IMG/VR virus record: IMGVR_UViG_3300045988_172523
Source of the DNA: a virus
Length of the DNA: 60,274 nucleotides
Direction: 5' to 3' (one strand)
Below the pieces are notes generated by a model that saw only the letters and a program-made list of their open reading frames with translations, was not told the origin of the DNA and searched no databases. The translations under genes were made by a program, and so were the position numbers. Of the stretch, positions 36,719 through 45,990 are shown in pieces (within the stretch, counting starts at the first letter, position 1; each line of letters begins with the position of its first letter).

Positions 36719-37183
36719 TTATTGGTTAATACCTATTTCTTTCAGCCATTTCTGTACATCAAAGCTGGGGCAGGCCTTGGCCGCCAGCTCGTTGTGTCCC
36801 ACAATGCGCACATCAGGGAATCTGCGGTGGAAGTCCTTCACATACTTCTCCAGTGCCTTTTTCTGGCAGCCGGTGCGGGTGTCCTTCGGGGTCTTGCCAT
36901 CCTTGGCCACACCGCCGGCATACACAATGTGGCGGCTCACGCTGTTGTACCCCTTGGCTCCGTTGGTCACTTCCCACGGATCTACCTGCGCATCCTCGTT
37001 GTTGTCCACCAGACGTTCCACTCCGCCTTGCAAATGAAACAGGTCGGTATAGCCCACCTGTTTCCAGCCTCGACCGCCCTGGTTCACGGGCGAAGTGTGC
37101 CACTTCCGGATGTCCGCCGATGATACCTCACGCCCCTCCGGGGTTGCCGTACAATGAATTACCAGATACTTCAACTTTGCCAT
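36719..37183 (-). CDS. N-acetylmuramoyl-L-alanine amidase endolysin (Amidase_2/PGRP type)
   Basis: LVIHCTATPEG, GWKQVGYTD and HNELAAKACPSFD motifs. Confidence 0.8.
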   Translation of the reverse strand: MAKLKYLVIHCTATPEGREVSSADIRKWHTSPVNQGGRGWKQVGYTDLFHLQGGVERLVDNNEDAQVDPWEVTNGAKGYNSVSRHIVYAGGVAKDGKTPKDTRTGCQKKALEKYVKDFHRRFPDVRIVGHNELAAKACPSFDVQKWLKEIGINQ

Positions 37184-37189
37184 ATCATC

Positions 37190-38389
37190 TTATCCTTTCT
37201 GGTTTTGGGTAATGGTAATCTTGGCCGTCTTGCTGCGGTCGGCATTGAGCGTCAGGGTCAGCGTACCGGTTTTCTGACTGCCACTGTTTGCACCGGCCGA
37301 AATCTTCACACCATTATCCGTCGCTTCCACCTTGAAGCCGGCAGGGGCACTGCCTATCTCATATTCTCCACTCGCGGTCACAGTCACCTCCTCGCTGCCA
37401 CCGGTTGCCTCAAGGGTCACGCTGGTAGGACTTACTGAAATCTTCTTCTCGCTCGCCTTGAACACGGGGTTGCTTCGCTTGTCCAATACCACCACTTCTT
37501 CGCCGAAGGCAATGTTCGTGTCAGCCTTCATCAGCATCTTGAAGAAATACAGTTCGCTCGCGTTCGAAATCTTGTCAATCTGAATCACGTCTTCATCGTC
37601 CTGCAGGTTCACAGCCGCAAACAGGTTGCCGCCGGCATCGGGCGAACAGAGGGTACACACAATCAGATCATCGGGCCAGGCAGCAAGCGTCTCGATGGTA
37701 ATGCCCTTGTAGCGGCGGGCATTCACATCGGTTTCGCTCGTGTTCTTGGCCTCGCGCTGGGTCAGCTCGTCGTCATACTTGTCAAAGTCGTTCACACTCA
37801 TCAGGATGCGGAGGTCCGGGTTGTTGCGGATGGCCACGGGAATCTTCGCACGCATGGCTTTCAGTCTGCCCAGCATGGTCGATTCTGCGCTGTCCACCAC
37901 AATCACCTCAGTATCCTTGGCCATCTGGGTCAGGATGCCGTTAAACAGGTGGTCGTCATCATCCCCATATTCGCCGTTCACATAGTGGTCACCCAGTTCA
38001 AACTGCACCTGTTTGGCCAGCTCGGCAAGCAGGGCGTTCTGCGCTTCGGGCGGAAGTTCCGAGAATACCAGGTTGCCCTTCGGCTGCCATTTGCGCCAGA
38101 TGTTCTCGAACGTGCGGGGGTTAAATACGGTAAAGGCCATGAAGTCCACCGGGTCAAGGCTCTTTTCGTCGTAGTTGAAGTTGCCCTTCGAATCCTCCAC
38201 GCCGGGGTTCTCCTTGCGCTTCTGAAGCATCTTGCCGGTCTTCAGGCGCGGCAGGCTGATTTTCTTCTCCACACCGGGAATCACCATGATCAGCCCCTTT
38301 TCCACAATCTCATTGCTCGTAGCGGCAAGCGTCAGCAACTGTTCCAGTACCTCGCCGCTGTAATTCGTGTTTCTTACAATTATTGCCAT
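37190..38389 (-). CDS. Major capsid protein with C-terminal Ig-like/BACON-like domain
   Basis: Follows the protease/scaffold gene. The C-terminal ~90 aa (ISVSPTSVTLEATGGSEEVTVTASG...TGTLTLTLNADRSKTAKITITQ) has an Ig/BACON-like beta pattern. Confidence 0.65.
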   Translation of the reverse strand: MAIIVRNTNYSGEVLEQLLTLAATSNEIVEKGLIMVIPGVEKKISLPRLKTGKMLQKRKENPGVEDSKGNFNYDEKSLDPVDFMAFTVFNPRTFENIWRKWQPKGNLVFSELPPEAQNALLAELAKQVQFELGDHYVNGEYGDDDDHLFNGILTQMAKDTEVIVVDSAESTMLGRLKAMRAKIPVAIRNNPDLRILMSVNDFDKYDDELTQREAKNTSETDVNARRYKGITIETLAAWPDDLIVCTLCSPDAGGNLFAAVNLQDDEDVIQIDKISNASELYFFKMLMKADTNIAFGEEVVVLDKRSNPVFKASEKKISVSPTSVTLEATGGSEEVTVTASGEYEIGSAPAGFKVEATDNGVKISAGANSGSQKTGTLTLTLNADRSKTAKITITQNQKG

Positions 38390-38396
38390 AGTTCAA

Positions 38397-39443
38397 TCAC
38401 TTTTTACGTTTGTCCTTTATTTCTCGCATGCGCTTGGCCCAGGGACTCTCATCTCCGTTCGGTTCCAGGTGCAGGTCTTCCATCACACGGCGCTTCACCG
38501 GCAGTTGGGCCAGGGCCTTTTCGCCGTTCTCGCGGTCATTGGCCAAAAGGTTTTCGTAGATGGGGCGGGTGGTCGCATCGATGCGGCCGTCTTGCTCGGC
38601 TGCGTCAAGCAGCTGCTTGCGGGCGGCAAGGTCTTCGGCTGCAGCCTTGTCCTCGTAGGTCTTCACCTTGGCCTTCAGGTCGGTGTTCTCTTTCGTAAGG
38701 ACAGGTACCTTGCCGGCCTCTTCCTCCAGTTGGTCCATCAGGCGGAACACATCCGCATCACTCGCGCAGTCCTTGAAGCGCGGGCGTTTCTTTACGTCTT
38801 CCAGATTCATGTCTTCTCTGTTGTTTTGTGGCTCAATGAGCCGGTTATTGAATAAAGTATATATCTGTGCCGGCGTACTGTCGGCCGGCACGGGGTCTGC
38901 ATCATAGATGCCGTCTATGAAACCGAGGCCCAGGGCTTCCTGGGCAGTCAGCCAGTGGTCCTCGCCGTCAAAATAGGTCTGTTTCACTTCTTCCTGGCTC
39001 ATGCCCAGCCGCTCGGCATAGATTTCGCTCAAGCTGCCCTCCAGGCTTTCTATCTCTTCCATGCAGCGCTGCAGGTCCTGCTTGTTGCCGTAACACCCGC
39101 CGCTCACACTGTGCAGCATCAGACGGGCATATTTGCTCATTTCTACGGGCTTGCCGCAAAGGGCTATCACACTGGCCATGCTGGCGGCTATGCCATCCAC
39201 ATAAATGCGGATGTCGGCCTGGCTATGGCGCAGGGCGTTGAATATCGCAATGCCGCTGTACACTTCCCCGCCGTTGCTGTTGATACGCACATGGATGCGC
39301 CGGCTCACGCGTTCGGCTTCCATCAGTTCCTGGGCTATGCGCCCGCTTTGCACCTCCGTATAGTCTCCGATGTCCCCGTACAGGAATATCGTACTGGTGC
39401 CGTCGTCACTCGTTGTAATATTGAAAAATCTGCTCATCGTCAT
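38397..39443 (-). CDS. ClpP/S49-like head maturation protease fused to scaffold (Mu gpI-like)
   Basis: RINSNGGEVYSGIAIFNAL and YVDGIAASMASVI motifs, with a helical charged C-terminal half. Start chosen at MTMSRFF (39443). Confidence 0.75.
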   Translation of the reverse strand: MTMSRFFNITTSDDGTSTIFLYGDIGDYTEVQSGRIAQELMEAERVSRRIHVRINSNGGEVYSGIAIFNALRHSQADIRIYVDGIAASMASVIALCGKPVEMSKYARLMLHSVSGGCYGNKQDLQRCMEEIESLEGSLSEIYAERLGMSQEEVKQTYFDGEDHWLTAQEALGLGFIDGIYDADPVPADSTPAQIYTLFNNRLIEPQNNREDMNLEDVKKRPRFKDCASDADVFRLMDQLEEEAGKVPVLTKENTDLKAKVKTYEDKAAAEDLAARKQLLDAAEQDGRIDATTRPIYENLLANDRENGEKALAQLPVKRRVMEDLHLEPNGDESPWAKRMREIKDKRKK

Positions 39444-39640
39444 GTCTTTACCAGCGGTTTCCCCGCCTTTCGATGGTGCGAAAATAGAACATTCCCATGG
39501 CAACAAGAAACCGCGTCCGCATCATAACGTTTTCTGGCGTTATCATAACGCTGTAACCCGTCATCATGCGTACGCGCTTTTACAAACCCCGCTTTTTCAT
39601 GCAATTTTGTAACGTGATTTACAACTAAAAAGGACGATTT
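39444..39640. promoter_or_regulatory. Divergent late-gene control region with two ATCATAACG boxes 21 nt apart (39521..39529, 39542..39550)
   Basis: Intergenic region between oppositely oriented head operons. Direct repeats seen by eye. Confidence 0.4.
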
Positions 39641-40084
39641 ATGGCAGATTTGACGAATGCCCAGAAAAAGGAATGGGCAAAGACTTTGTACCTCAAGGAA
39701 AACCTCACACAGCAGGAAATTGCCGACCGGGTGGGCGTGTCACGGGTGTCCGTATCCAACTGGGTGCGGGCCGGGAAGTGGGAGGAACAGAAGGTGGGGC
39801 TTACGCTCACAAGGCAGGAACAGGTGGCTAACCTCTACCGACAGGTGGCCGAAATAAACAAGGCTATTGCCGAACGGCCCGAAGGGGAACGGTTCCCCTC
39901 ATCCAAGGAGGCGGACATTCTCGGAAAACTGTCGGCAGCCATACGCAACATGGAGCAGGAAGTGGGCATTGCCGACATCATCAGTGTCCTCACCGGGTTC
40001 ATCGATTGGGTGCGGGCAGCCGACCTCGAAAAGGCTAAGGAAATCACACGCCTGGCCGATGCGTACATTAAAGACAAATTATAA
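39641..40084 (+). CDS. Terminase small subunit-like HTH protein
   Basis: N-terminal HTH (LTQQEIADRVGVSRVSVSNWV), immediately upstream of the large terminase. Confidence 0.6.
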   Translation: MADLTNAQKKEWAKTLYLKENLTQQEIADRVGVSRVSVSNWVRAGKWEEQKVGLTLTRQEQVANLYRQVAEINKAIAERPEGERFPSSKEADILGKLSAAIRNMEQEVGIADIISVLTGFIDWVRAADLEKAKEITRLADAYIKDKL

Positions 40085-40096
40085 AGGAGACAGACC

Positions 40097-41629
40097 ATGA
40101 AACAGACTGACAGACTCGCTCTCCTCGATTGGGAGAAGTACAAAGAAGACATCGCAAGGGCTACACCGGTTGACCGGAACATGACGGCAGCCGAACGGGA
40201 AAAACACCGGGAATATCTGGAGAAACATCCCATAGAATGGATCAGGTTCTTTTTCCCGAATTATGCCAAATATGAATTTGCCGGCTTCCAGAAAAAGGCT
40301 ATCCGGCGGATCATTGCACACGACGAATGGTTTGAGGTGCTTTCCTGGAGCCGTGAGCTGGCCAAATCCACCGTCACCATGTTCATCGTCATGTATCTCA
40401 CGCTGACCGGACGCAAAAAGAATGTGATTCTGACCTCCAACAGCAAGGACAATGCGGTGCGCCTGCTCGATCCGTACCGGGCCAACCTCGAAGCCAACGG
40501 GCGCATCATGGCATACTACGGCAAACAGGAACTGCCGGGCTCATGGACCGAGGATGAATTCACCACCAAAGGAAAGGTTTCTTTCCGCGCACTGGGTGCC
40601 GGGCAGTCTCCACGTGGTTCGCGTAACGAGGCCATACGTCCCGACGTGCTGCTGGTCGATGACTTTGATACGGACGAGGACACCAAGAATCCGGACATCA
40701 TCCAGAAGCGTTGGGACTGGTGGGAAAATGCGCTGTACCCCACACGTTCCATTTCTGAACCTACACTGGTCATCTTCTGCGGCAACATCATTGCCAAGGA
40801 CTGCTGCGTGGTGAGGGCAGGCGAAATGGCCGACTCCTGGGACATCGTAAACATCCGCGACAAAAACGGATTTTCCACATGGCCGGAAAAGAACTCGGAA
40901 GAGGACATTGACCGTACACTGTCCAAAATATCCAAAAAGGCGGCACAGGGTGAATATTACAACAACCCCATTTCCGAGGGCGAGGTCTTCGAGAACATTT
41001 CATACGGCAAGATACCGCCTCTCTCCAAATTCAAGTTTCTCGTGGCGTATGGCGACCCGGCACCGGGCGAAAGCAAGGGGAAGAAAGGAAAATCATTCAA
41101 GACGGTTTCACTTTGTGGCAAATTGGGCACCAGGCTCTATGTCATCAAGACTTTCCTGGCGCAGGCACTCAATGCGGAGTTCATTGACTGGTATGTCCGG
41201 ATGCTTGATTTTGTCGGGGGCAAGACCAATGTTTATTGCTACATGGAAAACAACAAACTGCAGGACCCTTTTTTCCAGCAGGTGTTCAAACCGCTGGTGG
41301 CAAAGGTGCGACGGGAACAGAAGATTGCACTGTTCATCCGGGGCGACGAGGAGAAGAAGACGGACAAGGCTACACGTATCGAGGCCAACCTTGAACCGCT
41401 CAACCGCGAAGGGAACCTTATCCTCAACGAGGCTGAACGGGACAACCCGCACATGAAGGAACTGGAAGACCAGTTCAAGCTGTTCACCTTGACCATGCGC
41501 TATCCGGCCGACGGACCGGATGCGGTCGAAGGGGCTAACCGCATCATCGATGAGCTGATCAGGCGCATCGAACCGCCTGTTTTCCGCTCAAGGAAGGATC
41601 TAAGAAAACGGAACAAGAAAAGATTATGA
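40097..41629 (+). CDS. Terminase large subunit
   Basis: Size, position before the portal, a deviant Walker A region (SRELAKST), LLVDDFD Walker B and a C-terminal nuclease-like half. Confidence 0.75.
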   Translation: MKQTDRLALLDWEKYKEDIARATPVDRNMTAAEREKHREYLEKHPIEWIRFFFPNYAKYEFAGFQKKAIRRIIAHDEWFEVLSWSRELAKSTVTMFIVMYLTLTGRKKNVILTSNSKDNAVRLLDPYRANLEANGRIMAYYGKQELPGSWTEDEFTTKGKVSFRALGAGQSPRGSRNEAIRPDVLLVDDFDTDEDTKNPDIIQKRWDWWENALYPTRSISEPTLVIFCGNIIAKDCCVVRAGEMADSWDIVNIRDKNGFSTWPEKNSEEDIDRTLSKISKKAAQGEYYNNPISEGEVFENISYGKIPPLSKFKFLVAYGDPAPGESKGKKGKSFKTVSLCGKLGTRLYVIKTFLAQALNAEFIDWYVRMLDFVGGKTNVYCYMENNKLQDPFFQQVFKPLVAKVRREQKIALFIRGDEEKKTDKATRIEANLEPLNREGNLILNEAERDNPHMKELEDQFKLFTLTMRYPADGPDAVEGANRIIDELIRRIEPPVFRSRKDLRKRNKKRL

Positions 41630-41650
41630 CAACTCTAAAATATTAGGACT

Positions 41651-42076
41651 ATGAGCAAATTTGTAGAACTCACCGATTACGATGCGAGTATCCACCGCGA
41701 CATTCTTGACGCACTGGTGCGCGAAGACGAAACGGTCATTGAGGTTTGCGAGGACAGGGCCATTGCCGAAATGCGATGCTACTTGGGCAAACGCTACGAC
41801 TGCAACAAGATTTTTGCTGCCACCGGCGAGAACCGGAACCAGCTCGTGCTGATGATGGTCATTGACATGGCGGTCTATCACATCTTCTGCATCCACAACC
41901 CGCAGAAACTTTCCCAGGTACGCAAGGACCGATACGAACGGGCAGTGGAATGGATGAAGGCGGTGGCCGACGAGGACATTTCAATCGAAGGGGCTCCGCT
42001 GCTGCCTGAGGAACAAAGGGCGGGCAGGTCGGATTTCCGCATTCAAAGCAACCGCAAACGAACGAACCACTGGTAA
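41651..42076 (+). CDS. DUF1320-like (Mu gp36-like) head-tail connector protein
   Basis: Size and N-terminal pattern (LTDYDASI...AIAEMRCYLGKRYD) resemble gp36-family proteins. Confidence 0.5.
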   Translation: MSKFVELTDYDASIHRDILDALVREDETVIEVCEDRAIAEMRCYLGKRYDCNKIFAATGENRNQLVLMMVIDMAVYHIFCIHNPQKLSQVRKDRYERAVEWMKAVADEDISIEGAPLLPEEQRAGRSDFRIQSNRKRTNHW

Positions 42077-42088
42077 AAAGCAAGCATC

Positions 42089-43441
42089 ATGAAAAAGAAA
42101 AACAGAAAAAACAACAAAGCCGGTATCATCACCGTAGGGGGAAACTTTACGTTGCCGGGGCAGAAGAGACCGAATGTGATTGTACTCACACAGCCCAAAC
42201 GTTTCGGGCTGGACATTTCCGACTACATGGCAGCCGTCAAGGCAGCCGAGAATGTCGATTTCTCACGACGTTACAAACTCTATGACCTCTACGAGGATAT
42301 TCTGATGGATACCCACCTTTCCTGTGTGCTCGAAAAACGCAGGAATGCCGTGCTGTGCTCCAACATGGAGTTCCGGGTGGACGGGAAGCCCGACGATAAA
42401 ATCAACCAGCAGATTCAGTCGCCCTGGTTCAACCGACTGGTGGGTGACATCCTTGATGCGAAATTCTGGGGCTTTTCGCTCTGCCAGTTCTACAAGCTGC
42501 AGGAATGGGTGGACTACGACCTGGTACCGCGTAAGCATGTGGATCCGGTCAGGGAACTCATCTTGCGGCATCAGACAGACATCACCGGCCATTCCTGGGA
42601 TGAATATACCGACTTGCTTTTTGTAGGCTCTCCGTCCGATTTGGGGCTGCTGGCCAAGGCTGCACCTTGGGTCATCTACAAACGTAATACCACGGGCGAC
42701 TGGGCACAGTTCTCCGAGGTATTCGGCATGCCTATCCAGGAATATATCTATGACTCCGACGACGACGAGTCCCGACAGCGGGCTATGGAGGATGCAGCCA
42801 ACGCCGGAAGTCTGGCGCAGTTCTTTCATGCCAAGGACACAGAACTAAAACTCACGGAAGCCGGAAACAAGACGGGTTCAGCTGATGTGTACGAACGGTT
42901 ATGCGAACGGTGCAACAACGAAATTTCCAAGCTGATTCTGGGCAATACACTGACCACCGAATCGTCCGAAAAAGGCACACAGGCTTTGGGTACGGTTCAT
43001 AAGAAAGTAGAGGACAAGGTACTGGAGGCCGACCGGAAGTACGTGCTCAACGTGCTGAATTACGACATGACGGACATTCTGCTGCGCATGGGCATCAACA
43101 CCGAAGGGGGTACGTTCTGTTTCCCCGAACCGAAGGAAACGGATGCCGGTACCAAAATATCCATCCTCACGCAGCTGAAGAAGAACTTCAACATCCCCAT
43201 CGACGACGACTATCTCTATGAGGAATTCGGTATCGACAAACCGGCCAATTACGAGCAGCTGAAGGCGGAACAAAAGACGGCTGAACAAGCCGACCAGATT
43301 CCAAGCCCGAAGAAGGAACCGGAACCGGTAGATAAGGGACGGGATGATGAACCGACACCGAAACAGAAAAGAAACTTCCGGAACTGGCTCAAAGGTTTTT
43401 TCGTGAAAGCCCCGGATTCCGGGGCAGCTTTAGACTGGTAA
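42089..43441 (+). CDS. Portal protein (Mu gp29-like, DUF935-like)
   Basis: 450 aa located between the terminase and MuF genes. Acidic C-terminus. Confidence 0.75.
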   Translation: MKKKNRKNNKAGIITVGGNFTLPGQKRPNVIVLTQPKRFGLDISDYMAAVKAAENVDFSRRYKLYDLYEDILMDTHLSCVLEKRRNAVLCSNMEFRVDGKPDDKINQQIQSPWFNRLVGDILDAKFWGFSLCQFYKLQEWVDYDLVPRKHVDPVRELILRHQTDITGHSWDEYTDLLFVGSPSDLGLLAKAAPWVIYKRNTTGDWAQFSEVFGMPIQEYIYDSDDDESRQRAMEDAANAGSLAQFFHAKDTELKLTEAGNKTGSADVYERLCERCNNEISKLILGNTLTTESSEKGTQALGTVHKKVEDKVLEADRKYVLNVLNYDMTDILLRMGINTEGGTFCFPEPKETDAGTKISILTQLKKNFNIPIDDDYLYEEFGIDKPANYEQLKAEQKTAEQADQIPSPKKEPEPVDKGRDDEPTPKQKRNFRNWLKGFFVKAPDSGAALDW

Positions 43442-44790
43442 TGAACGACCTCTACCAAAACAAAGGGGAAGAGGTACAGACTTCGTTCAGTTTCAGCAGC
43501 GACGTGTTGGCCAAGGCACTGCAGCGCATCTACAGTCAGAAAATGGACGTGGAGGGCGAAATCGAGCCGAATCTATTTCACGAAATCTGCCGCATACTGG
43601 ACGATGCTGCTGCCGATGGGGTTGCACAGTCTGAGGTGAAGCAAGTGGACGATTTCCTGCAGCAGCTGCAAACCAACAATGAGGTCTTTGCGGCATTCAA
43701 GGTTCACCGCATGCAGCGCGATATGGCGCGGTTATTATTCGATTCGAACGGCACTCTAAAGCCATTCGAGAAATGGGTGCAGGAGGTCACACCCATCGCA
43801 TCTCACCAGGTGCGGCACTGGCTGCAGACTGAATATGACACGGCGGTGCTGAGGGCACATCAGGCAGCCGACTGGCAGCAGTTCCTCCGCGAACGCGATG
43901 TCTTGCCCAACCTCAAATGGATGCCTTCCACCTCCCTGCACCCGAGTGCTGATCATCGGCCGTATTGGAATACCATACGGCCCATCGACGACCCGTTCTG
44001 GAGCATACACCGGCCGGGCGACCGATGGAACTGCAAGTGCGACCTCACGGCCACCGACGAGGAACCGACGCAACTGCCGGATGAGGACGATAATAGTAAA
44101 CCGCAACCGGGGCTGGATAACAACCCGGGAACGGATGGCATCCTCTTTTCCGATTCCCATCCTTATTTCCCGAACGACTGCAGGCACTGTGCTTTCTATA
44201 AACCGGGCTTCAAGGACCAGCTGAAACACATCTTCAGTAATCGGGCAAAGGATTGCTACGACTGCCCATACATCAAGGCATGTATGGAACGGATGGCACA
44301 AAACGGGTTTAAACTTGAAAAATCATTCTCCAACGGCGGTGTACTTTATGTACATCCGAAGGTTGATAAGGATAAGGCCGACTACAAGGATATGAAACGT
44401 ATCTGCCTCCAATTGGCAAGAATGGGGCATCAAGTCAAAATGACACCACGCTTGCACTATCTGTCGGATGATTACCAACGTATCTACGCAAACTTGATAG
44501 ATACCAGATATTACAGAAAATGCCCGGATTTTGAAGTGGATGGCTTGTTTTACGAATTTGAAGGCTTCATCAAGCCATGGAACAAAAGAAAAGTAAAAAG
44601 CATGATTTCTCACGGGCTGGAGCAATCTTCCAGAATTGTAATCAAGAACACAAAAGGCTGTTCTGACCGTTTTATAAGAAGGGCTATCATGGCAAGACGG
44701 AATTTGCCTAATCAAAACATCGATGAAGTATGGATTTATGAAAAAGGGGAAATCAGGTTGTTCTATAAGGATGGTAAGTTCTACTACTAA
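43441..44790 (+). CDS. MuF-like minor head protein with AT-rich C-terminal cargo domain
   Basis: MuF core (AFKVHRMQRDMARLL...WLQTEYDTAVLRAHQAADWQQF...RWNCKC), followed by a linker and a ~165-aa extra domain. Confidence 0.75.
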   Translation: MNDLYQNKGEEVQTSFSFSSDVLAKALQRIYSQKMDVEGEIEPNLFHEICRILDDAAADGVAQSEVKQVDDFLQQLQTNNEVFAAFKVHRMQRDMARLLFDSNGTLKPFEKWVQEVTPIASHQVRHWLQTEYDTAVLRAHQAADWQQFLRERDVLPNLKWMPSTSLHPSADHRPYWNTIRPIDDPFWSIHRPGDRWNCKCDLTATDEEPTQLPDEDDNSKPQPGLDNNPGTDGILFSDSHPYFPNDCRHCAFYKPGFKDQLKHIFSNRAKDCYDCPYIKACMERMAQNGFKLEKSFSNGGVLYVHPKVDKDKADYKDMKRICLQLARMGHQVKMTPRLHYLSDDYQRIYANLIDTRYYRKCPDFEVDGLFYEFEGFIKPWNKRKVKSMISHGLEQSSRIVIKNTKGCSDRFIRRAIMARRNLPNQNIDEVWIYEKGEIRLFYKDGKFYY

Positions 44791-44868
44791 AAAGACAACA
44801 GGGAAGCCTGCGAACAGACTTCCCTGCGATGCGACGTGCCGCAGCACACGCTAACTCCTTATGGAGCT

Positions 44869-44884
44869 GCTGCAAATATAGTGA
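44869..44884 (-). promoter_or_regulatory. 16-nt element GCTGCAAATATAGTGA identical to the early-promoter element at 53935..53950 (minus-strand TATATTTGCAGC -7 box)
   Basis: Exact 16-nt repeat. Contains TAnnTTTG on the minus strand. Confidence 0.4.
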
Positions 44885-44906
44885 TTTATTTTAAAACGGT
44901 ATCACA

Positions 44907-45530
44907 ATGGACTTGAAAGATTTTGATAACTTGATAAAATCCAAGCGTAAACGGCTGGAAACGCTCATGCGACGCAAACTCCCCGTTACAGTCGGACGTA
45001 TGGCCAAAGACCATTTTCAGGAGAATTTCCGCCAGGGTGGATTTGTCAATGGCGGTCTTCACCCTTGGCCAAAATCCAAACGGCTGTCTTCGGGGGGTAC
45101 CGATGCCGCCAGCAATTATGGTACGCTGCTCTCCGGCAGGAAGCATCTTTTCAAATCGGTCGGATATACACCTGCAGACTACCGGGTAAGGGTGTTCAAC
45201 GAGGTGGTCTATGCACCCGTCCACAACTGGGGCGGCGAAATCGATGTCACCGTCACAGACCGCATGAGGCGCTTTGCATGGGCCAAGTTCTACAAGGCTT
45301 CGGGGAAAAGACAAAAAACCGGCACAGGGCAAAAGAAACGCGTTAAACGATGCACCAAACCGAAGGAACTGAATCCGCAGGCGCAGTTCTGGAGGAACAT
45401 GGCGCTTACCAAGAAAAAGAAACTGCACATCCGCATCCCGCAGCGCCAGTTCATGGGCGAAAGCGAAGAATTGAACAGCCGCATAAGGGAGAAGGTGGAT
45501 CAGGAAATTACCAACATTTTAAACAGTTAA
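44907..45530 (+). CDS. Virion morphogenesis / head-completion protein (Mu G-like / HK97 gp10-like)
   Basis: HFQENFRQGGF...PWPK...VYAPVHNWGG pattern. Synteny after MuF. Confidence 0.55.
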   Translation: MDLKDFDNLIKSKRKRLETLMRRKLPVTVGRMAKDHFQENFRQGGFVNGGLHPWPKSKRLSSGGTDAASNYGTLLSGRKHLFKSVGYTPADYRVRVFNEVVYAPVHNWGGEIDVTVTDRMRRFAWAKFYKASGKRQKTGTGQKKRVKRCTKPKELNPQAQFWRNMALTKKKKLHIRIPQRQFMGESEELNSRIREKVDQEITNILNS

Positions 45531-45534
45531 GGAT

Positions 45535-45984
45535 ATGGACGAAATTTTTATCGCAATCATGGAACAGATTGCACAGGAAATGCCGGAACTCTCGCTCATC
45601 GACGAGGACTACGGACAATTGGAAATGGGGGCAGAAGAAGACCAGTACCCGGTCACCTTCCCTTGTGTATTGATTGGAAATACCAGTTCCGACTGGCACG
45701 ACCTCGGATATGGGGCACAGAAAAGCGAATCGATGGTCACAGTACGTCTGGCTGTTGATTGTTACGACGATACGCACTATGCCTCGGGCACGTATGACAA
45801 GGTGAGAGAACGGATGCAACTGGCCGGAAAACTTTACAAGTCGCTGCAGTGTCTGCAATGCACGGACAACGCTTCGCCGCTGGTGCGCGAGAAAAGCCGT
45901 TCGTATGCCATGCCGGGGGGCATCAAGGTGTTCGAGCTGGTCTTTTCGTTCACACTGCACGATGAGACGGCTATGCCGGTATAG
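45535..45984 (+). CDS. Hypothetical head/tail-joining protein
   Basis: ORF starting 5 nt after the previous stop. No motif recognised. Confidence 0.45.
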   Translation: MDEIFIAIMEQIAQEMPELSLIDEDYGQLEMGAEEDQYPVTFPCVLIGNTSSDWHDLGYGAQKSESMVTVRLAVDCYDDTHYASGTYDKVRERMQLAGKLYKSLQCLQCTDNASPLVREKSRSYAMPGGIKVFELVFSFTLHDETAMPV

Positions 45985-45990
45985 GAGGAG

